Origin: an uncultured Fibrobacteria bacterium
GTDB taxonomy: Bacteria; Fibrobacterota; Fibrobacteria; UBA11236
Reading direction: 5' to 3'
DNA length: 64,000 nucleotides
Assembly: GCA_963716395.1 (NCBI GenBank)
Contig: OY970309.1
Coordinates: forward strand, 1,952,001 to 2,016,000
Notes under the pieces: generated by a model
Told to the model about the DNA's origin: nothing
Database searches by the model: none
The model's input: the letters and a program-made list of their open reading frames with translations, nothing else
Part shown: positions 34,704 through 47,062 of the stretch, piece after piece
Numbering within the stretch: position 1 is the stretch's first letter
How the letters are laid out: every line of letters starts with the position of its first letter
Program-made: the position numbers and the translations under genes

Positions 34704-34874
34704 GGGAACCTCTCGAAATACATTTCGTCAGCGAGAACCGAGCGAGATCGAGGCCAAGCAGGAGCGCGAAGTCCGCCTCAGGCGGAATATGGCGTGAATA
34801 TCGCCGATGCAGCGCGACGAACTTGGCCGACGATCGCAGCCGGTTCGAGTAGAAAGGTATTTCGAGAGGTCCCC
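34704..34874. mobile_element. MITE-like element, 171 bp
   Basis: 23-bp terminal inverted repeats GGGAACCTCTCGAAATACATTTC / GAAAGGTATTTCGAGAGGTCCCC (2 mismatches), TATA on both flanks, and nested internal pairing (GAACCG/CGGTTC, GGCCAAG/CTTGGCC). Confidence 0.75.
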
Positions 34875-35021
34875 TATAGTGGAAACTATACAAAAGACCG
34901 GATTTTCGGGTTGAATCTTCGCAGGCGGATGCATGCGGAGGCGAATTTTTGGGGCCGCCGCGATTGTGAAGGGCCTGATTTCACCTTTTATATTTTTGCC
35001 GGCAGTTCGACACAGGGTTTC

Positions 35022-35070
35022 GGCGATGGAGTCCGCCTGTAACCGCCTCCCGAGGCTTATGACTCCTACA
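35022..35070 (+). ncRNA. Fluoride riboswitch (crcB motif)
   Basis: GGCGATGGAGTCCGCC-TGTAACC-GCCTCCCGAGGC-TTATGACTCCTAC matches the consensus, including the GGAGTC/GACTCC pseudoknot. It lies immediately 5' of crcB. Confidence 0.95.
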
Positions 35071-35089
35071 ACTCCAAGGCGGGAGGCTC

Positions 35090-35488
35090 ATGTTGAATTA
35101 CGTTCTGGTCGGCCTCGGCAGCGCGCTGGGCGGCATGTCGCGTTTCTGGTTTTCCGATCTGATTTCCAACCGCTTCGGAGCGACTTTTCCCTGGGGCACT
35201 TTGTTCGTCAACGTGACGGGCTCGTTCATCATCAGTTTGTTCGCCACCTTGACGGCGCCCCAGGGCCGCTGGCTGGTCGGTTCCGGTGGACGCAATTTCT
35301 TCATGACCGGGGTGTGCGGAGGCTATACCACTTTTTCTTCTTTCAGCCTGCAAACTTTGAACCTCGCGCACGACGAGGAATGGCTTTATGCCGGCGGTAA
35401 TGCCGCGATGAGTTTGGGGCTCTGCCTGGTGGCCGCCTGGCTGGGTTATCTCGCGGCGCGTCTGTTGAATTCGACCGGAGGTGCGTGA
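35090..35488 (+). CDS. crcB: Fluoride efflux channel CrcB/Fluc
   Basis: GSALGG..R, FPWGTLFVNVTGS, GVCGGYTTFSSF. Confidence 0.96.
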   Translation: MLNYVLVGLGSALGGMSRFWFSDLISNRFGATFPWGTLFVNVTGSFIISLFATLTAPQGRWLVGSGGRNFFMTGVCGGYTTFSSFSLQTLNLAHDEEWLYAGGNAAMSLGLCLVAAWLGYLAARLLNSTGGA

Positions 35489-35489
35489 T

Positions 35490-35852
35490 ATGAACCTTCC
35501 CCGCGATTCGGTTCGACTCAAAATTCTGCTGGGTGAAAGCGATCGGTGGCAGCATCATCCGCTGTACGAAGCCATTGTGCTCAAGGCCCGCGAAATGCAT
35601 CTGGCCGGTGCCACGGCCTGGCGCGGAGAAATGGGATTCGGCAAATCCAGCCATGTGCACACCACGAAAATCCTCCAGCTTTCCTTTGATTTGCCGGTGA
35701 TCATCGAGATCGTCGACACCGAGGAAAAGATCAACGCCTTTCTGCCCGTGCTCGACACCATGATGCAAGGCGGACTGGTCATAATGGAAAAGGTGCGTGT
35801 CATCGATTACCGGGCCGGCAAAGCTCCAAGCGAGCCGCCGCCGGCGGCATAA
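35490..35852 (+). CDS. DUF190 (PII-like) protein
   Basis: GESDRW...PLYEAIV..AR...LAGAT..RG..GFG, LS.DLPVIIEIVD. Usual partner of crcB. Confidence 0.9.
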   Translation: MNLPRDSVRLKILLGESDRWQHHPLYEAIVLKAREMHLAGATAWRGEMGFGKSSHVHTTKILQLSFDLPVIIEIVDTEEKINAFLPVLDTMMQGGLVIMEKVRVIDYRAGKAPSEPPPAA

Positions 35853-35916
35853 GCGAAGTGCGTCGGTTCGATGCTTGCATCAAAATGCCGATGGGGGCCG
35901 CCGCCCTTCTACTCCT

Positions 35917-36855
35917 CTAACGCTCTTGCTCGCGGCCCGCGGCCAGGGCCTTGAGTTGATTCATTTCCTGCGCCGTTAAATGCTTGGGTAATACCAGACG
36001 CAAGGTGACGTAAAGGTCACCCCACGAACCCGGGTGATCATGCAAGGGCATGCCTTGCCCGCGCAGACGCAACACCTTGCCGCTGTCGGTCATGGGCGGG
36101 ACGGTGAGCTTCACCGAACCCTTCATGGTATGGATTTCAACTTGGCATCCCGCAATGGCCGATAAGGCGTCGAGGTCTTCGACGTGGTACAAGTCGTCCC
36201 CGCGCCGTTCCCAAAATTCATGCGGTAGAATGTGGATGCGCAAGGTGAGATCGCCTTCCACCCCGCCGCGCGGCGCCACGCCCCCCTTGCCGCGCAAGAG
36301 AATGGTTTTGCCGTCGGCGATGCCGGGCTTCAGAGCCAGGTTCACCTTGCGGCCGTTTAAGTCGAAGGTTTTTTTCACGCCGTGATAGGCGTCTTCGAGG
36401 GAGATCTCCAAATCGGCATGGTAATCGTCGCCCTTTCTCGGACCGGCGGGACCGCCGAATCCCCCGGGGGATCCGCGCATGCCTCCCCCGAAGAAGGAGG
36501 AAAAGAAATCAGAGAAGTCGCCCATCGACTCGCCGGCGGCTCCGGCGGATTGCGCGCGCGTTCTTCCGCGCCCCCCTTGACGGCGCAGCAAATCCTCCCA
36601 ATCAAAATCCGCCTGCCCGGGCCCACCCGCTTGATTCCAGGCCGATCCGAGTTGATCGTATTGGGCGCGCTTTTCCGCATCGCCCAGCACTTCGTTGGCT
36701 TCATTGATTTCCTTGAAGCGCTCTTCCGCGGCCTTGTTGCCGGGATTCTTGTCGGGGTGGTGCTTGCCCGCCAGCTTGCGAAAGGCTTTTTTGATGGCGT
36801 CGCCGCTCGCGTTTCGCTCCACGCCCAGGATTTTGTAATAGTCCTTGAATTCCAC
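35917..36855 (-). CDS. DnaJ-class co-chaperone (CbpA-like, no Zn finger)
   Basis: GTG start then [14 protein letters not shown] motif, G/F-rich linker with FSDFF, DnaJ C-terminal domain. Confidence 0.92.
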   Translation of the reverse strand: MEFKDYYKILGVERNASGDAIKKAFRKLAGKHHPDKNPGNKAAEERFKEINEANEVLGDAEKRAQYDQLGSAWNQAGGPGQADFDWEDLLRRQGGRGRTRAQSAGAAGESMGDFSDFFSSFFGGGMRGSPGGFGGPAGPRKGDDYHADLEISLEDAYHGVKKTFDLNGRKVNLALKPGIADGKTILLRGKGGVAPRGGVEGDLTLRIHILPHEFWERRGDDLYHVEDLDALSAIAGCQVEIHTMKGSVKLTVPPMTDSGKVLRLRGQGMPLHDHPGSWGDLYVTLRLVLPKHLTAQEMNQLKALAAGREQER

Positions 36856-37440
36856 GGTATTCCTCGCAACGTTCCCGACTCGGGCGACCCCGGCGGGATC
36901 GCGTGCACCAGAAAGTAGTGTTTCGCGGCGATGGGGAACCGATGGCTGGCGCGGAAACCGGGAAGTTTCCTTCCCACGATTTTCAGAATCACGGAGGCGA
37001 GCAAATCTATGCATTGAACGCCGTGCGGCGCTCGTAGGGTCCGGCTTCGAGAGGCGGTGGGTGGATGCGGATTCCGGAAGCCGCCTTCCGAAGTACGTAA
37101 CCCAGAAGTTATAGGAATTCCTGACCTGCCGCATACTTTCGCAGGGATTCGGGCAGAAGCATGGCGACGCCTGCGCAAAACACCTTCGGTGGCGTTTAGG
37201 AACCGTCATCCGGCGTGTTTCCTCGCACTTTCGCCGCACCCGTACTTTGAAGCGCGGGGATTCAGCGTGAGGCTTCCGGGGGGAAAAAAGGTTTCGATTT
37301 GCCTAACCACAAAGAAACCGATTTAAGTCGAACCTTTCCGGCAATATTTATCCCAGAATAAAAGCAGCGATGAATGGGGACGATTCGGCTGTGGGGCGAT
37401 ATTTAGGCTTCTTTAAATCATGCCTTGGGAAAGAGGAAAC

Positions 37441-39486
37441 ATGCGATCTTCAGGACTCACCAAGTGGTTCAACCCGACAATTTTTGCCGCACTAGGCCTT
37501 TCGTTTATGTCCCAAGGTCAAGCCATGCCGTTTTCCGACCGCGTCACTTTGCCGTCGGGGGAGCAAATTTTCGTGGCCGGCTTCAATTTGGCCTGGATCA
37601 ATTACGCCGATGATGTGGGGAGTGACCCCTTGGATACGACGCGGTTTCGCAGCGCCCTGCAGGCGGTGGCGGATTCGGGCGGCAATACTATGCGCGTGTG
37701 GCTTTCGACCAACGGGTCGCATGATCCGGTTTTTGGGTCGAACGGTTTGGTCAGCGGACTGGGTTCGAAAACCATTTCCAACGTGCAGCAAATGCTGTCC
37801 ATCGCCAAGCAAAACCAAATGCTGCTTATCCTGACCTTGCTGACGCACAATTTCTTGCAGAACCAAAGCGGAGTCAACCTCACCAATAACATGACTTTGT
37901 TGAGTACCGATACCGGGCTACAGGCTTATATCACCAATGCCGTGGTTCCTTTGGTCACCGCCATCGGCAAAGACCCGAATCTCTTATGCTGGGAGGTGGC
38001 CAATGAACCCGAGGGCATGGTCCAAGGCACGGGCTGGACCACTCAGCGTATCACCCAGGCCGACGTGCAGAAATTCACCAACCGCATCGCGGGCGCGATC
38101 CACCGCGCCGTTCCCGGCGTGCTCGTTTCTACCGGAACCGTGGTCGCGGCGGACTTGCCCTGGTATACCGACGCCGCCCTCAAGGCCGCCGGCGGCGACT
38201 CCGATGGCGTACTCGACTTTTACATGGTCCATTATTATGGCTGGAACGGCGTCAGCAACAGCCCCTTCCACAAAGGCGCCGCTGCCTGGAGCGTGGACAA
38301 ACCGCTGGTGGTGGGCGAATTCGCCTCGTCGAGTTGGAGCCCGAGTACTGCGTCTTCGAGTCCCATGCAAGACGCGGAATCGGTGGATACCCTGCTCGAA
38401 AACCTGTACAAGAACGGATACGCGGGCGGCCTTTTCTGGCAATACCAGCCCGATGCGGGCGATTCCTGGATGCAAGGTTTTGCCACTGCGTCCCCATCCT
38501 TGGCCATCTTCTCCCGCGCCCACCCATCCGATGTGAAATTCGACGGTGTTTCCGACGGCAAGTTGTCGGTGGTGGCCTCCGGTTCCCTCGGCGGCCGGGC
38601 GGTGGCTTCTCCGCTCGGACGCGTGGATACCGGCACCACGGTGACCATCACGGCCGTGCCCGACACAGGATATGACTTCGTGGGCTGGAGCGGCGACACC
38701 ACGGTGGCGGCGACCGTCAATCCGCTTGTGATTAAGGTCACAAAAGACCGCGAAATCCTGGCGAATTTCCGGCCGGCGGCGGGCACCAATTTGCTCAAGA
38801 ACGGCGACTTCTCCAGCGATTCGAGTGATTGGCAATTCAGTATCAGTACCCAAGGCACGGCCCAGGGAACCATCTCCTATGCCGCCGGGCAGGCCGACAT
38901 CAATGTCACCGCGGCCGGCGCCCAGGATTGGTACGTGCAATTGATGCAAGGCGGCTTCGCCCTGCAACCCGGCGCCACCTATGTCGTCTCCTTCGATGCC
39001 TGGGCCAATGTCGCCCGCAACGTGGATGTCGGCCTCACCACCTCGGCGTATAGCTGGCAAAGCGGGGCGTCGGCCAGCGTGACCACGACCAAAACCAATT
39101 ACCAACTCGAATTGACCGCCACTGACACCATTGCCTCGGGGACCCCCGGCGTGTTGCAATTCAATATCGGCGAGACGGTCTCGTCTTTGCACATCGACAA
39201 TGTGATCCTGGCCTTGAAATCCTCTTCGCCCGTTCTCAGGCCGGTGGCGCGAAATACGGCGGCGGGGATGCGGATCACCGGATCGCGCGGGTTTTTGATT
39301 TGGAATTTGGCCACCCCATTATCCTCTCCCGCCCCGCTGGTGATCCTGGATGTGCAGGGACGGGACGTGGGGCGTGTGATGCTTCCGGCGGGCAAGTCCC
39401 AGGGTACTTTGAGCCTGAGCCTGCCGCGGGGCCTGTTCATGGCGCGGCTTAACGGCAGCGTGCGCAGGTTGTTCGTGTCGGAGTAG
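37441..39486 (+). CDS. Secreted GH5 glycoside hydrolase (beta-mannanase-like) with B-repeat, CBM4/9-like module and C-terminal sorting domain
   Basis: GFNLAW, GGNTMRVW, WEVANEPEG (acid/base), VVGEF (nucleophile); GYDFVGWSGD repeat; NLLKNGDFS CBM; ILDVQGR tail. Confidence 0.85.
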   Translation: MRSSGLTKWFNPTIFAALGLSFMSQGQAMPFSDRVTLPSGEQIFVAGFNLAWINYADDVGSDPLDTTRFRSALQAVADSGGNTMRVWLSTNGSHDPVFGSNGLVSGLGSKTISNVQQMLSIAKQNQMLLILTLLTHNFLQNQSGVNLTNNMTLLSTDTGLQAYITNAVVPLVTAIGKDPNLLCWEVANEPEGMVQGTGWTTQRITQADVQKFTNRIAGAIHRAVPGVLVSTGTVVAADLPWYTDAALKAAGGDSDGVLDFYMVHYYGWNGVSNSPFHKGAAAWSVDKPLVVGEFASSSWSPSTASSSPMQDAESVDTLLENLYKNGYAGGLFWQYQPDAGDSWMQGFATASPSLAIFSRAHPSDVKFDGVSDGKLSVVASGSLGGRAVASPLGRVDTGTTVTITAVPDTGYDFVGWSGDTTVAATVNPLVIKVTKDREILANFRPAAGTNLLKNGDFSSDSSDWQFSISTQGTAQGTISYAAGQADINVTAAGAQDWYVQLMQGGFALQPGATYVVSFDAWANVARNVDVGLTTSAYSWQSGASASVTTTKTNYQLELTATDTIASGTPGVLQFNIGETVSSLHIDNVILALKSSSPVLRPVARNTAAGMRITGSRGFLIWNLATPLSSPAPLVILDVQGRDVGRVMLPAGKSQGTLSLSLPRGLFMARLNGSVRRLFVSE

Positions 39487-39584
39487 GGTTTCCGGGGAAC
39501 GCCCAAAAACCAATTTTCGCATCCACGAATAGCCCATCCGCCCTCCGCGAATCGCGGTATCTTTTTAAGCGGAGGAAACCCATT

Positions 39585-40799
39585 TTGACTTGGCCTTTCC
39601 GGCTGGCCTGCGTTGCCATGCTCTTGCTGGGCGCCTCTTTGGTCCGGGCGCAGAAAGTCATGCCGACTTTGATCGGCACCAAGTATATGCTGACCATGGG
39701 TCCCATGACGTTCCAGGCCACGGCTAAAAACAGCGGCCGTGTGCAATCGTTGCAATACGCCGGCTTGGAAGTCTTGCATCAGGATACCACGGTCACCACG
39801 CAATACGGATCCACCTTCTGGCCCAGCCCGCAGGCCGTCTGGAACTGGCCGCCGCCCACCAGCCTAGACGGCGTGAACGACACCGTCGGCATCGGGAAGG
39901 ATTCGACCATTACCATGTTGGGGAGTACGGACAATGTCTACACCCATGTGCGCATCCACAAAACTTTCTGGGCCGACCTCGGGGACTCTTCGTTTAACCT
40001 GCATTACACCTTGATCAATGCAGGGACGTCCAGACCCTGGGCTCCGTGGGAGGACACCCGCATCGATACCGGCGGGCTGTATCTCTTTCCCAAGGGAACG
40101 GACACCATCACGGGAGCCCTGGCGGGAAAAACCACCACTTCGGGGGGAATCGTGTGGTTCGTGGACAACAATGCGAACGTGCAAAGTACCGGAACCAACA
40201 AGTTTTACAGCGATGGATCGCAGGGGTGGTATGCCCATATCAATGCCGCCCGCCGTTTGCTTTTCCTCAAGAAATTCACGGATACTCCTGCTTCCAAAAA
40301 GGCTCCGAGTCCGGAGGATGAGATCGAATTCTGGACGACCCCCAGCCCGCTCACCAATTCTTCCTTCATCGAAATGGAGGTGCAGGGACCGTATGACACC
40401 ATTCCGGCCAACGATTCCGTAAGTTGGGACATGAAATGGTTTGTCCGCAAAATTCCGGACACCCTGACCATCGCGGCGGGCAATCAGGCCATCGTCGACT
40501 ACATCCATCAGGTGCTGGCAACGCCCACCGCCATCCGTCCCGTTTCCTCGGCGTCGAATTTTTCCCTGCGTTACACCGACCGCGATGTTCATCTCGTTCT
40601 GGAACAAGCCGCCACCGTGTCTCTGGCTTTGATCAATTCCAACGGGCGGGAAATCAGCCGGCTTTATTCCGGGCGATTAACGGCAGGCCATCACGACTTC
40701 AGGTTCGCGGAGGCCTTGCCCAAGGGCGTCTATTGGCTGGTCTTGAAAAATCCCCCGCTGACCCAAGCCATGAGCGTGAAGATGTTGGTGCTGGATTAA
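39585..40799 (+). CDS. Secreted protein, DUF4380/galactose-mutarotase-like, with C-terminal sorting domain
   Basis: Signal peptide, YGSTFWPSPQ..W.WPPP, APWEDTR, EMEVQGPY; tail NSNGREI...LPKGVY. Confidence 0.7.
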   Translation: MTWPFRLACVAMLLLGASLVRAQKVMPTLIGTKYMLTMGPMTFQATAKNSGRVQSLQYAGLEVLHQDTTVTTQYGSTFWPSPQAVWNWPPPTSLDGVNDTVGIGKDSTITMLGSTDNVYTHVRIHKTFWADLGDSSFNLHYTLINAGTSRPWAPWEDTRIDTGGLYLFPKGTDTITGALAGKTTTSGGIVWFVDNNANVQSTGTNKFYSDGSQGWYAHINAARRLLFLKKFTDTPASKKAPSPEDEIEFWTTPSPLTNSSFIEMEVQGPYDTIPANDSVSWDMKWFVRKIPDTLTIAAGNQAIVDYIHQVLATPTAIRPVSSASNFSLRYTDRDVHLVLEQAATVSLALINSNGREISRLYSGRLTAGHHDFRFAEALPKGVYWLVLKNPPLTQAMSVKMLVLD

Positions 40800-40943
40800 A
40801 AACCAACCTCGGGCCCGAAATTTTTTTAACGACTTTTTCCGGAAGTTTCCCGCGCGTCGGCGATTGCAACCGGATGCCAACACGCGGCGCACCGTATTTG
40901 CTTAACTTTTCGCGTTTCCTGCGGGAGCAACATCGAGGTGGGC

Positions 40944-42839
<1,896 letters not shown>

Positions 42840-42973
42840 TTCCGTCCGTTTTGGCCGTTCCCTGGGCCGGAAAAGCGAACTTCCGGTTACCGCAAAAAAT
42901 TTCCTGCGTCCAAACGCACAGGGCATTTCTCGTTACAAATTGATAGGATGTAGATCATGAACAGGAGCCAAGG

Positions 42974-44068
42974 ATGAAAATTTTTCCCGTGGTCGGAATG
43001 TTGTGCGTGTGGGCTGCGAGCGCCTCAGCCAAAACCGTGCTGGTGCTTCCCATCGATGCGGACTCGAATGTCGTGAAAGATCTCGGCACCATCCAGCAAT
43101 TGCATTTCGACGCGGTTTCCCAGAATTGCGGTGGAAACGTTGTCCCAGCGGCTGACTCGACGACAACCTGCGATGAAAAATCCTGCGCCGTCGCCCTGGG
43201 CAAAGCGGCCCACGCCGACGAAATCGTTTATTCGTCCATCCGGCAATTGGGATCGAAGTTGCTGTACATCTCGAATATCGTGGACGCCGGCGGCGGAAAT
43301 CTGTTCACCCAACACATGGAGGTGGCCCGCGTCGAGGATTTTGAAAACGCCACGGTCCGCATGGCCGAGGCGATTTGCACCCGCAAATCCATGGAAGACG
43401 TCGCGGACGTGGACAACATCACCGCCGCGGAGGAGACGCAGGTGCAAACCCGGCGCAACAGTTTTTACTACAGCGGAGCGAGTCTCGGGTATTTGTGGCC
43501 GACGGGAAACTCCTTCAGCCGCTATACCACGCATCAGAATTGCGACGCTTTTTATAACTGCACCGACGACACGACGCTGCAGAAATATTCCCAAATCGTC
43601 CGGCTCGGGTGGAACAACTGGTTCGAGTTCAAAAATTCCCTGGCCATGGAAATCGACGCGCTGGTATTCCTGCCGATTTCCATCGGCGCCGACGTGAACT
43701 TGCTGTACCTGTACGGAAAGAGCGACTTCACGCCCTTCGCGGGCGGCGGTTTGGGAATTCACTACGTCTTTCCCGACGAAGCCTATGCCAGCGACAATAA
43801 ACGGAATTCCGGCCCGGCGGTCAACGCCCAGGCCGGCATGATCCTCTTCCGAACTTATGGGGTGAATCTCGTCGTGCGGGGTCAATACCATTTCATCGCG
43901 AATACCGACGAAGACAACGGCTTCAGCGTAGATGTCGGGTTACGTAAGCCCATGAATACGGGCGGGGATGATAAGTACCATCACGTTTCCGCCACGACCT
44001 GGCTGGGCATGGGCATCGGCGTCGCCTATCTGATTGCGATTATCATTGCCGCCGCTAATTCCAAATAA
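42974..44068 (+). CDS. Exported hypothetical protein (N-terminal alpha/beta domain, beta-barrel-like region, C-terminal TM helix)
   Basis: Signal peptide; CDEKSCAVALGK...ADEI; TPFAGGGLG and LVVRGQYH strands; hydrophobic C-terminus. AGGAG upstream. Confidence 0.7.
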   Translation: MKIFPVVGMLCVWAASASAKTVLVLPIDADSNVVKDLGTIQQLHFDAVSQNCGGNVVPAADSTTTCDEKSCAVALGKAAHADEIVYSSIRQLGSKLLYISNIVDAGGGNLFTQHMEVARVEDFENATVRMAEAICTRKSMEDVADVDNITAAEETQVQTRRNSFYYSGASLGYLWPTGNSFSRYTTHQNCDAFYNCTDDTTLQKYSQIVRLGWNNWFEFKNSLAMEIDALVFLPISIGADVNLLYLYGKSDFTPFAGGGLGIHYVFPDEAYASDNKRNSGPAVNAQAGMILFRTYGVNLVVRGQYHFIANTDEDNGFSVDVGLRKPMNTGGDDKYHHVSATTWLGMGIGVAYLIAIIIAAANSK

Positions 44069-44076
44069 TTGTCCAC

Positions 44077-44102
44077 AAAAAAGGGCCGATGAAATCGGCC
44101 CT
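44077..44102 (-). terminator. Intrinsic terminator between convergent genes
   Basis: AAAAA-AGGGCCGAT-GAA-ATCGGCCCT; the U-tract is on the minus strand. Confidence 0.8.
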
Positions 44103-44129
44103 CGTAACGTCGATAGGAGAAGCCGCCTC

Positions 44130-44432
44130 TTATTCGGCGCAATGTCCGACGACATCATAGGTTTCCATCTGGCCGATCAGCATGTACCGATCGGTTTGGG
44201 TCACGGTGATTCCCTCTACTTTCCCGTTATTGCATTGTTCCGAAAGATCATGGACGAGTTGGTCCAGGTGATCGGCCGGTGTCAGCCAAAAAATATTGAA
44301 CTGATTTAACGAAGAGGAAACTTGTTTGCCTTTGTTCTGACTCGAATCGGGGAAGTGGCCGAATGACGTTGCACACCCTGAAAGAATTAACGTCGCGCCG
44401 AAAGCCAACCAAACCGTTTTTATCTTATTCAC
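44130..44432 (-). CDS. Small lipoprotein (Bor/TRL-like)
   Basis: GTG start with AAGGAGG, lipobox LSGC, and two further Cys. Confidence 0.75.
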   Translation of the reverse strand: MNKIKTVWLAFGATLILSGCATSFGHFPDSSQNKGKQVSSSLNQFNIFWLTPADHLDQLVHDLSEQCNNGKVEGITVTQTDRYMLIGQMETYDVVGHCAE

Positions 44433-44465
44433 GAGAGCCTCCTTGATGGGTGGGTAAAGGTTAGC

Positions 44466-46079
44466 ATGTCTGTGTTCCATCACCAACCCCTTTTTGAACT
44501 CGGCGAAGATGCGACACCCTATAAATTACTGACGCCTGATTTCGTCCGCGTCGAAAACTCCGGCGGCCGCGAATTCCTGGCCGTGGACCGCGCAGGTTTG
44601 GTTTTGTTGGCGCGCACGGCCTTGCGCGACATCAATTTCTTCTTCCGCCCCGGGCATCTCGCCAAGCTGCGCGCCATTCTCGATGACCCCGAAGCCTCGG
44701 AAAATGACCGTTTCGTGGCCCTAACCGAATTGCGCAACGCCGTGGTGGCCGCGCAGGGTCAATTGCCCTCCTGCCAGGATACGGGGACGGCCACGGTGTT
44801 CGCCAAAAAAGGCCAGGGCGTGTGGACGGGCTGTGACGACGAAGCCGCCTTGGCCGAAGGCATCGGCCAAACCTATGCGGCCGAAAACCTGCGTTATTCC
44901 CAGGTCGCGCCCCTGTCGATGTTCGAAGAAAAGAACACGGGGTCGAATCTTCCCGCGCAAATCGACATCCACGCCGTGCCCGGGAACGAATACCACTTTC
45001 TCTTTCTGGCCAAGGGCGGCGGCTCGGCCAACAAAAGTTTTCTCTTCCAGGAGACCAAGGCGCGCCTGAACGAAAAGGCGCTGGCCGCCTTTATTCAGGA
45101 AAAATTTTTCAGCCTGGGCACCTCGGCCTGCCCGCCCTATCATCTGGCCGTGGTGATTGGCGGCACCTCGGCCGAAGCCACCCTCAAAACCGTGAAACTG
45201 GCCTCGGCTGGTTATCTCGATGCGTTGCCCACCTCGGGTAACGGCGGTGGCCGCGCCTTCCGCGATTTGGAATGGGAAGATCGCGTGCAGCGCCTGGCCT
45301 GCGACAGCCGCATCGGCGCGCAATTCGGCGGCAAATATTTCGTGCATGACGTGCGCGTGATCCGGCTGCCGCGCCACGCGGCCTCGTGTCCCATCGGCCT
45401 GGGCGTGAGCTGCAGCGCCGACCGCAACGCCAAGGCCAAAATCACCGCCGCGGGGATTTTTCTCGAACAACTGGAGACGCGACCCGATCGCTTCGTGCCG
45501 GATGCCGTCGGGCCGGCGGCGGCGCCGGCGGTGCGCATCGATCTGAACCGGCCCATGGCGGAGATTCTGCAAGAGCTGGGGCGGCATCCCGTCAAAACCC
45601 GGCTCAGCCTAAACGGTCCGTTGATCGTGGCGCGCGATGCGGCCCATGCCCGTATTCAGCAAATGCTCGACGCCGGCCAGCCCATGCCCGATTATTTCCG
45701 GCTCCATCCGGTTTATTATGCCGGTCCCGCCAAGACGCCGGCAGGCATGGCTTCGGGCAGCTTCGGGCCCACGACCGCGGGACGTATGGACGGTTATGTC
45801 GATAGCTTTATGGCTCGGGGCGGATCGATGGTAATGCTGGCCAAGGGCAACCGCTCGCCGGTGGTGCGCGAAGCCTGCCGGAAGCACGGCGGGTTCTACC
45901 TCGGGTCTATCGGCGGGCCCGCGGCCATTCTGGCCCAGGAAAGCATCGTCAAGGTCGAGGTCATCGACTTCGCGGAGTTGGGCATGGAAGCGGTGCGCCG
46001 CATTGAGGTCAAGGATTTCCCCGCCTTTATTGTGATCGACGACAAGGGGCATGACTTTTTCGCCGACCTCCGGGAGTAA
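44466..46079 (+). CDS. fumA: Class I Fe-S fumarate hydratase
   Basis: [54 protein letters not shown]. Confidence 0.96.
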   Translation: MSVFHHQPLFELGEDATPYKLLTPDFVRVENSGGREFLAVDRAGLVLLARTALRDINFFFRPGHLAKLRAILDDPEASENDRFVALTELRNAVVAAQGQLPSCQDTGTATVFAKKGQGVWTGCDDEAALAEGIGQTYAAENLRYSQVAPLSMFEEKNTGSNLPAQIDIHAVPGNEYHFLFLAKGGGSANKSFLFQETKARLNEKALAAFIQEKFFSLGTSACPPYHLAVVIGGTSAEATLKTVKLASAGYLDALPTSGNGGGRAFRDLEWEDRVQRLACDSRIGAQFGGKYFVHDVRVIRLPRHAASCPIGLGVSCSADRNAKAKITAAGIFLEQLETRPDRFVPDAVGPAAAPAVRIDLNRPMAEILQELGRHPVKTRLSLNGPLIVARDAAHARIQQMLDAGQPMPDYFRLHPVYYAGPAKTPAGMASGSFGPTTAGRMDGYVDSFMARGGSMVMLAKGNRSPVVREACRKHGGFYLGSIGGPAAILAQESIVKVEVIDFAELGMEAVRRIEVKDFPAFIVIDDKGHDFFADLRE

Positions 46080-46086
46080 CTTCGCC

Positions 46087-47013
46087 GTGACTATCAAAAT
46101 CTGCGTGGTGCTTTCCCCGGCGGCCGGCCCGGCCGGCTTCGCCCGCCTGATCCATCCGGGGAGCCGCGAAGATTTGGTGCGCATCGTGGTGCAGCGCCAC
46201 GCCTCCGCCGGCGAATTGGAGGAGTTGGCCGAATGCCTGGAAGAACTGGCCGAGCAGCCCGTGCTGCGCGCACCGGCCGATCCCGCGACCTTGCATGGGG
46301 GTTCGCTGTGCCTGTTGGGCGAAGCCGCCGACGTTCGCCTGGAAGGATACCGGCTCATTCTTGGTGAGAAGGGGCAGGCTTTGGATTTGGACGCCTTTCT
46401 CGCTGCCCTGGCGCCTTGGCGGGAAAAGGCGGCGGTGTCGGTGCTGCCGGGTTTGGAAATTCCCCATGCGGCGCGGCGCGGTTTGTCCGCGCTGACCGAG
46501 AGCGGCGCCGCCTTGTTCGCGGCGGCCGAAGACGTGGATCCCCAAGGTTGGTCGGCGGGGCTTCAGGCCGCGGGGATTCCCCTGCGGCGAGTGCCGTGGA
46601 AGGCGTTGGGCGATCCGGCGCCCTCCGCGCCGCCCGGAGAACGGCGGCTTTTGCTGGCCGATGACGACGCCGTGATGCGCACAGTGTGGGGCGAGTTGTG
46701 CCGCTTGCAGGGGTTCGCCTGCGAAGACGCCGCCGACGGCATTGACGTTTTGAAAATGCTGCGTCAAGGACGCTATGACGGTTTGATTCTCGATCTCAAC
46801 ATGCCGGAGATGGATGGGGTCGAGGCCTTGCGCCGCCTGCGCAGCGAATGGCCTCTGTTGCCGGTGCTGGTGATCAGCGGCGAAACCGACCCCGAAGTTC
46901 TGGAGCGGGTGCGGGCTTTGGGCGCCGTGGGCGTGTTGAACAAAGCCTATTCCAACGAACAATTCCAGCGCGCCTTGTCGGTATTCGCCGACAGCAAACC
47001 CGGCGCGGTGTAA
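46087..47013 (+). CDS. Response regulator: degenerate CheB-like N-terminal domain plus C-terminal receiver
   Basis: C-terminal LLADDD...ILDLNMPEMDG...ISG...K receiver is intact. The N-terminus loosely follows CheB methylesterase motifs. Confidence 0.75.
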   Translation: MTIKICVVLSPAAGPAGFARLIHPGSREDLVRIVVQRHASAGELEELAECLEELAEQPVLRAPADPATLHGGSLCLLGEAADVRLEGYRLILGEKGQALDLDAFLAALAPWREKAAVSVLPGLEIPHAARRGLSALTESGAALFAAAEDVDPQGWSAGLQAAGIPLRRVPWKALGDPAPSAPPGERRLLLADDDAVMRTVWGELCRLQGFACEDAADGIDVLKMLRQGRYDGLILDLNMPEMDGVEALRRLRSEWPLLPVLVISGETDPEVLERVRALGAVGVLNKAYSNEQFQRALSVFADSKPGAV

Positions 47014-47034
47014 AAAAAGCCCGCGACGCGGGCT
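47012..47034 (-). terminator. Intrinsic terminator between convergent genes
   Basis: AAAAAA-AGCCCGCG-A-CGCGGGCT; the U-tract is on the minus strand. Confidence 0.7.
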
Positions 47035-47062
47035 GGGCGTGCTTGAAGCTTGGGTCGCGCCG

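Noticed and set aside
36856-37239. N-terminal extension of the DnaJ ORF in the ORF track
   Set aside because: The J domain starts at GTG 36855 (EFKDYY); the extension looks like non-coding read-through.
37287-37337. Imperfect inverted repeat upstream of the GH5 gene
   Set aside because: Too degenerate, and not found upstream of the other carbohydrate-active genes.
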